This document shows positions 27,812-33,852 of a stretch of 45,165 bases of DNA, piece after piece. The DNA is from a virus. The stretch lies in IMG/VR virus record IMGVR_UViG_3300037126_000044, positions 1 to 45,165 of that record; one strand, 5' to 3'. Both the position numbers and the translations under genes were made by a program. The notes beneath the pieces are model-generated. The model worked only from the letters and a program-made list of their open reading frames with translations, made no database searches and was not told the DNA's origin. The stretch's first letter is position 1. The number at the start of each line of letters is the position of its first letter.

Positions 27812-28446
27812 GCAACGGAACGATTCATCAGAGGTGGCTGGACCGCCAATTCGCAGTGTTCCGGGAGTCGCCGCACATGCTCGGCATTGCAGAGGTTCTC
27901 TCTGGTCCCATGAATGAAACTTTGGCGGCCATGGAGTACTATCTCGCCAACACCGACCTCGATGAACGCGAGGGCGTCATGCTCGACTTCTGCGGCTGGC
28001 TCATCGGTGTGCGTCGGCCGCCGGCGCAAGAACCCGATGAGAATCTGCTTTGGTTGTGCGCTCTTGATGGAGTGGATATAGAGTCTGAGAAGCGCGGATT
28101 ATCGACGCTTGATCAGACTGAGGGCGGATACATGACGGGAATTGAAGGAATCAGCTCTCAGAGTGAACCGGGAACATTCATGTCGGACGATGATTATCGA
28201 GAGCTCATCAAGACAAAAGCGGCGACGTTCAGACGAAAGGCGACACTGGATAATCTGTTCGTGTACCTGCAGCGCTTCGGAATGCGCGTTGAGTTCACAG
28301 AGGGGATCGCTGAGGTTACGTTCACGCCGGAGTCGTTTGATTCTGTTTCGTACTGGAAGAGAAACTACGTAACAAATAGAGGATTTAGACCTGCTGGGAT
28401 CAAGATAGTGCTCAGTACGCAAACAGATCCGGAGGAAGGATTATGA
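27808..28446 (+). CDS. baseplate or tail protein I-like (212 aa)
   Basis: Follows J with a 4-nt overlap. Confidence 0.5.
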   Translation: MSNGTIHQRWLDRQFAVFRESPHMLGIAEVLSGPMNETLAAMEYYLANTDLDEREGVMLDFCGWLIGVRRPPAQEPDENLLWLCALDGVDIESEKRGLSTLDQTEGGYMTGIEGISSQSEPGTFMSDDDYRELIKTKAATFRRKATLDNLFVYLQRFGMRVEFTEGIAEVTFTPESFDSVSYWKRNYVTNRGFRPAGIKIVLSTQTDPEEGL

Positions 28447-29804
28447 GCATCACGAAATTGGAAGAGTGGGCAGCTGATGTAGTAGGTGAATCAGACATCA
28501 ACGGCCCGAAGGTAGAGACAGACAGTACCTACCTGGCCAGGGTACCAAATGGAATGACGGCAGAGCGTCTACCATATCCAACGTTCAATAGAATACTGAA
28601 TGACATCCATGCAAAGACCAATGAGTCATTATCTAAAGGGCCCAAAGGGGCAAATCCAGATGCGACCATGGAGTCTGTCATTAAAGGGGTGCGGTCATCA
28701 TCTGAGTTTGGCACGTTCGGATATGATTCTCACAACGAGCTCGATAGCGGTGATGCGTCGGATGAATTTATTTATCTAGCTGTCGCTCTTATTGACGGTA
28801 GCAGAAAGCTGATCTGCCTGGATCAAACGACTGCTCTCAATGTCGAGATATTCGACATTGAGACAATGTCGTATGATGGGGCGCAAACCATTCCCTCCTC
28901 CTCATTACCGTCGGATGGCAATGAAAACTGGATCCCGAGAGCTATCGTTTGTGACCTTGATTACGCATATATAGTATTTGGTTCTAATAGTTCTGGATCT
29001 ACCTACGATAATGACCACTATCTTCAATCATACCGACTATCAGATTGGACTGTAAACTCAGGATGGCCCTCCACCGGTCTATTTTTATTTGATAATGGCA
29101 GCTTACAACAAATGAATTTATTATTTGCGAATGATGATCTACTCGCGGTGACCGACACTGAAACGACGATAACCGGTGGGACTTCTAGAGCGGTGATTCT
29201 GATTGACGCGGCGACTGGAACTGAGGATTCATACGGGGCAGGCGATCTTTCGTCCGACAATGTTTATGGGATCTGTTCAAACGGCCAATACATCTTCATC
29301 GCTACCTCATCATATATTGGCTCTATGTCAATTGCCGCGCCATCGTCTGGCTGTGGTGGAAATGGATGGCCGAGAAATGTCGGCTCCTTTAGTATATCTT
29401 GCCTTGGGGATGTCGTGGTCTCGACTGATGGTTCAGTCGCATACGTGTTAAATACGAGCATGGCTGATATTGCCACAATTACACCAGTCACAGATCTTAT
29501 TATACATATCGGAGAAATTAAAACTGATGGGCTCAATTTTTGGTGTCGCGGGGCAAAATACATAAACGGGTCCGACCAAAAAGAGGGCTTTATATACAAG
29601 ATGAAAATACACGGATTGATGGGACAAGGTTCTGGAGGAACACCTGAAGCTGCGGCCGACGAGATTTTTGAACCCTATGCATTATCCCGTGGTGACAGCA
29701 ATTGGCAATCCCGCATGATCTATGATGGTGATGGGATAATAGTCGTATATGATTCTGCTGGATCTGGTAAGTTACATAAACTACCTAAGACAGCATTGCG
29801 ATGA
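28443..29804 (+). CDS. tail fibre or receptor-binding protein (453 aa)
   Basis: Last gene of the tail block. The N-terminus has a fibre-attachment-like PYPTFNRILNDIH. The distal half is AT-richer and repetitive in Ser/Gly/Asp. Confidence 0.55.
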   Translation: MSITKLEEWAADVVGESDINGPKVETDSTYLARVPNGMTAERLPYPTFNRILNDIHAKTNESLSKGPKGANPDATMESVIKGVRSSSEFGTFGYDSHNELDSGDASDEFIYLAVALIDGSRKLICLDQTTALNVEIFDIETMSYDGAQTIPSSSLPSDGNENWIPRAIVCDLDYAYIVFGSNSSGSTYDNDHYLQSYRLSDWTVNSGWPSTGLFLFDNGSLQQMNLLFANDDLLAVTDTETTITGGTSRAVILIDAATGTEDSYGAGDLSSDNVYGICSNGQYIFIATSSYIGSMSIAAPSSGCGGNGWPRNVGSFSISCLGDVVVSTDGSVAYVLNTSMADIATITPVTDLIIHIGEIKTDGLNFWCRGAKYINGSDQKEGFIYKMKIHGLMGQGSGGTPEAAADEIFEPYALSRGDSNWQSRMIYDGDGIIVVYDSAGSGKLHKLPKTALR

Positions 29805-29813
29805 GTGCGATGA

Positions 29814-30344
29814 TTAATTCAAAATGGAATACTTCCGAATGATATCCTTGTCGGCATCTGTATATGCCGTTGATATTTCATCTTCCAGCCCGAGGACAAA
29901 ATGAAGCGGGCTATAGAATACATCATCTGGATTGTCAGAATGCTCGTCTTCGCCGGCGCCCATCAGATGAATGAGTTCGTGCATCATGACGCGCTGGAAC
30001 GCCTCGATACCAAACTCTTCGGTTGTCAGATCGCTTCGGACGGCAATATCACCGGCGTGATACCAGCCGACGTGATCACCGTAATCGAATCCGGATGCAG
30101 TCTCATCGTCTGAGATGCACATGACGAGGTGGCCGCCGCCAACTTCAGACACCGTCTCATAATCGACCGACTTACTTCCGGTGATTATGGCATGCTCGTA
30201 TCCGAGAACCACATTCAGCGCCTCGAAGGCTTTCATCGCTGCCCATCTTTCATCAGATGAGCAGTTTTTGTCGATGTGGAACTCGATTGGTTCCACACAG
30301 CCCAAAAAAGTCAAAGCACAGATGATTACAAATATTGTTTTCAT
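29814..30344 (-). CDS. lipoprotein-type zinc metallopeptidase (HExxH)
   Basis: MKTIFVIICALTFLGC resembles a signal peptide plus lipobox. HELIHLMGAGEDEH is a zincin motif. AAAGGAG lies 7 nt upstream of the ATG. Confidence 0.65.
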   Translation of the reverse strand: MKTIFVIICALTFLGCVEPIEFHIDKNCSSDERWAAMKAFEALNVVLGYEHAIITGSKSVDYETVSEVGGGHLVMCISDDETASGFDYGDHVGWYHAGDIAVRSDLTTEEFGIEAFQRVMMHELIHLMGAGEDEHSDNPDDVFYSPLHFVLGLEDEISTAYTDADKDIIRKYSILN

Positions 30345-30384
30345 TGTTTTCTCCTTTAATTATAGAATAATCATGGATTGATAA

Positions 30385-30633
30385 ATGACAACTGAACAGA
30401 TTAACAGGATTGAAAAAAAACTCGAAAAAATAGACGATATTCTTGCGTCGACCTCCAAGATAGAAGAGCACCTTAGGCATGTTCCAACGAAGTCTGATAT
30501 GTTGTTGGCTATCAAAAGCCACTGGGATCAATGCTCAGCAAAGAGGACTGCCAAGACTCGATGGATACTTGGGATTCTGCTTGGTGTATCGACTATTGTA
30601 TTGGGCGTATTCGAGATTATTCATTTATTTTAA
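30385..30633 (+). CDS. tail-anchored membrane protein (82 aa): coiled-coil N-terminus, C-terminal TM helix
   Basis: WILGILLGVSTIVLGVFEIIHLF at the C-terminus. No clear SD. It is the lone + gene inside the minus cassette. Confidence 0.45.
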   Translation: MTTEQINRIEKKLEKIDDILASTSKIEEHLRHVPTKSDMLLAIKSHWDQCSAKRTAKTRWILGILLGVSTIVLGVFEIIHLF

Positions 30634-30894
30634 TTGAGATATTCTTTGCAACATAGCTGTAACCCCTATGGATCCAATGCAGATCCAATCAGGCTTTCCA
30701 CACGTTACTTCGGATTCAAAATCCAGACATCCATTCTTCCCAATCACGGCGATATTGTACACCTGACTGCCATCTCTAAGAGTAACTGAGGCTCCGTATC
30801 CGTTCGGAAAACTGAATCGCCATTTGCGTCGTTGTTCTTCTCCAAACTGATCTAGCACTTCGTGTCTTTCATAATTGAACCCAAACTGTTTCAT
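30625..30894 (-). CDS. conserved-looking small phage protein (89 aa)
   Basis: ATGA coupling to the upstream gene. The FPNGYGASV...YNIAVIG... pattern recalls a widespread phage small-protein family (from memory). Confidence 0.6.
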   Translation of the reverse strand: MKQFGFNYERHEVLDQFGEEQRRKWRFSFPNGYGASVTLRDGSQVYNIAVIGKNGCLDFESEVTCGKPDWICIGSIGVTAMLQRISQLK

Positions 30895-31073
30895 TTTCTG
30901 CCTCTACCACATTCCAAGAGTCGGATTATGGCATGGATACTCGGTTTCCCGAGAGGAGCATCGTCAGCTCTTCTGTCGCGCTCTGATGGATGTCTTTCGA
31001 TCCATCCCGTCTCGATTACTAGCGGGTCACGTTTCTCTACATGAATACTGTATTGTGTTTTCGTTTTTTCCAT
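30891..31073 (-). CDS. small protein (60 aa), paralog of 32804..32971
   Basis: AAGGAG 6 nt upstream of the ATG. Shared motif TQYSI-EKR-PLVIETG. Differences from the paralog in that block are mostly synonymous. Confidence 0.65.
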   Translation of the reverse strand: MEKTKTQYSIHVEKRDPLVIETGWIERHPSERDRRADDAPLGKPSIHAIIRLLECGRGRK

Positions 31074-31074
31074 T

Positions 31075-31575
31075 TCATACTCCTTTTCTGGCCGAATCGG
31101 CCTCCACCAACTCCGCCAGTACAAGGCATGCCTTGTTTTCCCACGGAGGGAGGCCTGGACTGTCAATTCTAGCAGCTTTTTGGTATTTTTCATGCTCTCG
31201 CAACCACTTAGCTTGAGATACCACAGCATGTCGGAAAGCCGCATGCCATCCCCTTGGCCCAAAGTGGAGTTGAGTCAAATGCGGACTCATCCAGGCAATC
31301 AACTTTCGGGCCCAGGACTCCGAGTCGTCTTCGCTGGCGCATGACTCAATCAACATATCGTAGCATAAAAATGCACAATCCAATTTACAAGATGAATCTG
31401 AAAGAAGTTCTTCTTTCACCGCCTCTCGTAGTGGGTTTAAAATTTGCTCTCTGGACAATTGCCAAGCCCAACCCGATGGGTCCTCCTTCAGACAATCCAC
31501 GACACGCTGTTGTTTTTCATTCAAATCCATCAGCGACGGCCCTCCGGCCATCACTTGATCTAAGAATTCTCCCAT
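31075..31575 (-). CDS. hypothetical protein (166 aa)
   Basis: Start taken at the ATG preceded by AAAGGAGT, just after the truncated repeat element. The longer 200-aa ORF reads through that element. Confidence 0.6.
   Translation of the reverse strand: MGEFLDQVMAGGPSLMDLNEKQQRVVDCLKEDPSGWAWQLSREQILNPLREAVKEELLSDSSCKLDCAFLCYDMLIESCASEDDSESWARKLIAWMSPHLTQLHFGPRGWHAAFRHAVVSQAKWLREHEKYQKAARIDSPGLPPWENKACLVLAELVEADSARKGV
31090..31107 (-). repeat. Truncated copy of the element, embedded in the 3' end of 31075..31575
   Basis: ggccgaatcggcctccac matches the first 18 nt of R1 and R2. Sits immediately upstream of the SD of 30891..31073. Confidence 0.7.
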
Positions 31576-31593
31576 CTTTACACTCCTTTGCTT

Positions 31594-31608
31594 GGCCGAT
31601 AATCGGCC
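31594..31608 (-). repeat. Truncated copy of the element (small hairpin plus RBS flank only)
   Basis: ggccgataatcggcc, with the flank ctcctttgcttggccga shared with R2. Sits immediately upstream of the start of 31075..31575. Confidence 0.7.
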
Positions 31609-31609
31609 A

Positions 31610-31792
31610 CTATATGTTTTCTTCGGCGACGTAGATTCGGACGCCATCGCAATCCTCCACCCAGCCCCATGCTCCATTCTTGATTGCTGCCGGCGTAAGG
31701 CCGGCCTCGATAATCATTTTGTCACGAGCATCCTCAATCGAGGATGCCTGAATTATCCCGCTTTCTCCGTCTGTCTTATAGAAAAAATCCAT
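31610..31792 (-). CDS. small acidic protein (60 aa)
   Basis: AAAGGAGT 6 nt upstream of the ATG. Confidence 0.6.
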   Translation of the reverse strand: MDFFYKTDGESGIIQASSIEDARDKMIIEAGLTPAAIKNGAWGWVEDCDGVRIYVAEENI

Positions 31793-31796
31793 TTTC

Positions 31797-32051
31797 TTAC
31801 TCCTTTCTGCCCATAGTATCGATATCTAGCGGATAGCAAGATACTTCCCATGTCGCGAGACTTTCTGGAGTCCCGCTTGTAATCAATTTCGCCCCTATTG
31901 CCGGGGCATATCCACTGACGCCCCTGTTGTCCCAAGAAGTATCTGTGAATCGGATTATATCTCCATTCGGAGACGGTCGAAACTTGTTTTCATTTTTATC
32001 GTTTTGTACGATAAAGCCAGTCGTTGCTTTGGTCCCTGTTCTGATCTTCAT
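31797..32051 (-). CDS. hypothetical protein (84 aa)
   Basis: Start taken at ATG 32051, downstream of repeat copy R1. The 142-aa ORF in the track reads through the repeat. Confidence 0.55.
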   Translation of the reverse strand: MKIRTGTKATTGFIVQNDKNENKFRPSPNGDIIRFTDTSWDNRGVSGYAPAIGAKLITSGTPESLATWEVSCYPLDIDTMGRKE

Positions 32052-32071
32052 CTTTCTTCTACTTCTTTTCC

Positions 32072-32126
32072 GGCCGAATCGGCCTCCACTCCCGCCCGCC
32101 ATGACTGACGGGCAGGGTGGGGGTCG
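32072..32126 (-). repeat. Intercistronic GC-rich double-hairpin element, copy R1
   Basis: 55/55 identical to R2. Lies between the stop of 32128..32496 and the start of 31797..32051. Confidence 0.9.
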
Positions 32127-32127
32127 A

Positions 32128-32496
32128 TTACAATCCTCTACGCTTAATTTCTTCTTTGCAGTATCGGTTTTCTGTTTCCCACGATACATGCCAATATAGA
32201 CAATTTTCGTCACCGAGCCACCCATTACGGATGGCTTTGTCTACGGCATCTCGCCACCAGTCTCTCTCGGCGCGATGATGCGCCTCGATTGATGATGATA
32301 TTCCTATACAATCACCACCGTGTATGGCACATTCGCAAGGATCATGATCTTCCCTCCATGCTTTAGAGGACTCAACGCCATCGAGCAACTCTCGACAGCC
32401 TGGTTCGTCGACCCAATAAGGTCGACACGAGCATCGTCGGTCATCTCTCCCGTGATGGTGAACGGGACACCCGTATCTATTGACACAATAATGCAT
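32128..32496 (-). CDS. Cys/His-rich protein (122 aa)
   Basis: AAAGGAGT 6 nt upstream of the ATG. Contains many C and H residues (CVNRYGCPVHHH, CSC, CEC). Confidence 0.65.
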   Translation of the reverse strand: MHYCVNRYGCPVHHHGRDDRRCSCRPYWVDEPGCRELLDGVESSKAWREDHDPCECAIHGGDCIGISSSIEAHHRAERDWWRDAVDKAIRNGWLGDENCLYWHVSWETENRYCKEEIKRRGL

Positions 32497-32513
32497 CTTC
32501 TACTCCTTTGCTT

Positions 32514-32568
32514 GGCCGAATCGGCCTCCACTCCCGCCCGCCATGACTGACGGGCAGGGTGGGGGTCG
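32514..32568 (-). repeat. Intercistronic GC-rich double-hairpin element, copy R2
   Basis: Plus strand reads ggccgaatcggcctccactcccgcccgccatgactgacgggcagggtgggggtcg. Lies between the stop of 32571..32738 and the start of 32128..32496. Confidence 0.9.
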
Positions 32569-32570
32569 GT

Positions 32571-32738
32571 TCAATCTGCAACGTAAATCAAAGTCGGGTC
32601 TTCTGAGGCGATCTCCTCGGCATCATCGAGAGAGATGTCCCGGCGTGCGTCCTCGGTAGGGTCTGCGTATTTGCAGAGCTTGGCTTCTGGATTTGCTCGC
32701 TTGAATTCGATGGCTTCGTGTCCCGTCAAAGGTTTCAT
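32571..32738 (-). CDS. small acidic protein (55 aa; below the ORF-track cutoff)
   Basis: Hand-translated: MKPLTGHEAIEFKRANPEAKLCKYADPTEDARRDISLDDAEEIASEDPTLIYVAD. AAAAGGAGT lies 5 nt upstream of the ATG. Confidence 0.55.
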   Translation of the reverse strand: MKPLTGHEAIEFKRANPEAKLCKYADPTEDARRDISLDDAEEIASEDPTLIYVAD

Positions 32739-32803
32739 TTTTTACTCCTTTTTTGTTGTGTCCTTATATCTATAGTTTAAGGCTCAAATTTGACAGTGCA
32801 ATT

Positions 32804-32971
32804 TTATTTTCGTCCGCTGTTTAGAATATTCAAGATAGTCAAAATATTTGGACTGTTCGGTGCAACGTCGAATGGTCTTTTTTTTGGACCGTCGTCTTTC
32901 GACGGACCCGTCTCGATTACCAATGGCTCGCGTTTCTCTATTATTGAATATTGCGTATTTATCTTTTTCAT
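32804..32971 (-). CDS. small protein (55 aa), paralog of 30891..31073
   Basis: Start taken at the ATG after repeat copy R3 (AAGGAT 6 nt upstream); encodes MKKINTQYSIIEKREPLVIETG... Confidence 0.6.
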   Translation of the reverse strand: MKKINTQYSIIEKREPLVIETGPSKDDGPKKRPFDVAPNSPNILTILNILNSGRK

Positions 32972-32988
32972 CTTATAATCCTTGTCTT

Positions 32989-33043
32989 GGCCGAATCGGC
33001 CGCCACTTCCACCCGCCATGACTGACGGGCAGGGTGGGGGTCG
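32989..33043 (-). repeat. Intercistronic GC-rich double-hairpin element, copy R3
   Basis: 52/55 identical to R1 and R2. Lies between the stop of 33052..33303 and the start of 32804..32971. Confidence 0.9.
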
Positions 33044-33051
33044 ATTAAATT

Positions 33052-33303
33052 TCAGTCAACAAATTTAATCAGTGTGGCATGTACGACTTGTATACAGCCA
33101 TCATCAAGCTCTAGGATCCCAACTGGATATTGACCACCATCACCATCGCTATCACTAGACCAACAATGGAATTTGGCATCTATAACGATTCTATTATACT
33201 CATAATTGCCAACACTGTTACACATTCGGACACGTTTTGTGTATACACAAGATCGCAAGTTTTCATTTACTCTTTTAGTCTTTGTGGCCATTGTTGCTCT
33301 CAT
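33052..33303 (-). CDS. small protein (83 aa), inverted paralog of 33613..33840
   Basis: Shares LRSCVYTKRVRM, FHCWS, DGCIQVVHATLIKFVD with LRPCTFKKKVRI, FHRWS, DGSVELVYAESVKFID. It is the first gene of the leftward cassette. Confidence 0.65.
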   Translation of the reverse strand: MRATMATKTKRVNENLRSCVYTKRVRMCNSVGNYEYNRIVIDAKFHCWSSDSDGDGGQYPVGILELDDGCIQVVHATLIKFVD

Positions 33304-33408
33304 TTTTCACTGCTTTGTTACAGCTTATATCTATATTGTGTATCCTGGATTTCTCGGCGCAAGTGCTTTTTTGTATTTTTCTCATATTACAATTTTATAG
33401 TATTAAAT

Positions 33409-33445
33409 ATTTCACAAATGAAATGTACTGTTTCACAAATGAAAT
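33409..33445. promoter_or_regulatory. Two palindromic operator-like sites 21 bp apart in the divergent control region
   Basis: ATTTCACAAATGAAAT at 33409-33424 (6-4-6 perfect palindrome) and GTTTCACAAATGAAAT at 33430-33445. The 15-nt core is identical. Confidence 0.6.
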
Positions 33446-33542
33446 ACAATGAATTCAGTACTATGAACAAAATATAGTTATTTCAGTCACTTATATCTTG
33501 TCATTAAATTTGCAGTGTGACAACAGAGGCATATCCCTGCTT

Positions 33543-33587
33543 ATCCTGCCCGAGATTATACTCCTTGCTCGGGCAGGATTCTTTTTT
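33543..33587 (+). terminator. Intrinsic terminator or attenuator in the leader of the rightward early operon
   Basis: Perfect 12-bp stem atcctgcccgag / ctcgggcaggat with a 13-nt loop, followed by tctttttt. It ends 2 nt before the first AAGGAGTA repeat (33590), 25 nt before ATG 33613. Confidence 0.65.
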
Positions 33588-33612
33588 ATAAGGAGTATCA
33601 AGGAGTAAAAAA

Positions 33613-33840
33613 ATGAGTAAAAAAGAAGAATTGCGTCCGTGTACATTTAAGAAAAAAGTGCGGATTGATGGAGGAGTCTGGCCCGATAACATTAAAGAGA
33701 TCCAGATCAAGGGTCTCTTTCATCGCTGGAGTCAAGAGTCAGAGTCATCTAATGGAGATATATCTACTGTGGCGGTGATCGAATGCATGGACGGCTCAGT
33801 GGAGCTTGTCTATGCCGAGAGTGTCAAATTTATTGATTAA
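33613..33840 (+). CDS. small protein (75 aa), inverted paralog of 33052..33303
   Basis: AAGGAGTA 5 nt upstream of the ATG; first gene of the rightward operon. Confidence 0.7.
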   Translation: MSKKEELRPCTFKKKVRIDGGVWPDNIKEIQIKGLFHRWSQESESSNGDISTVAVIECMDGSVELVYAESVKFID

Positions 33841-33852
33841 CAAGGAGTGAAA

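Noticed and set aside
28443-29804. Looked for a diversity-generating retroelement (template/variable repeat pair near the fibre C-terminus)
   Set aside because: There is no reverse transcriptase gene anywhere. I saw no second copy of the fibre 3' region elsewhere in the window.
31797-32225. Longer ORFs that start at the ATG in the repeat-element loop (MAGGSGGRFG... extensions of 31797..32051 and 32804..32971; likewise 30891..31262 and 31075..31677)
   Set aside because: The loop ATG has no Shine-Dalgarno and sits inside a strong hairpin. Each downstream ATG, by contrast, has a purine-rich RBS at proper spacing (clear AAGGAG/AAGGAT-type for most, weaker for 31797..32051). In copy R2 the same reading hits a TAG before the gene. 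The in-frame extensions in two copies are noted but treated as ORF-finder artefacts.
32072-33043. Could the 55-nt repeats be a CRISPR array or integron attC sites?
   Set aside because: The copies are about 390-420 bp apart and the intervals are complete genes with RBSs, not spacers. There are no Cas genes and no IntI integrase. I could not find the RYYYAAC/GTTRRRY core sites of attC. They are kept as an unclassified element instead.
33505-33512. TAAATTTG matching the Bacteroidetes -7 promoter consensus TAnnTTTG
   Set aside because: There is no TTTG at the -33 position. Nearly every gene in the genome also uses a strong AGGAG-type Shine-Dalgarno, which is not the Bacteroidetes pattern.
33555-33567. 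Perfect TATAAT on the minus strand inside the leader hairpin loop, as a possible leftward promoter
   Set aside because: The hexamer 17 nt upstream (AAGAAT) is a poor -35. The motif is simply the complement of the loop sequence. It cannot be excluded, but it is unsupported.
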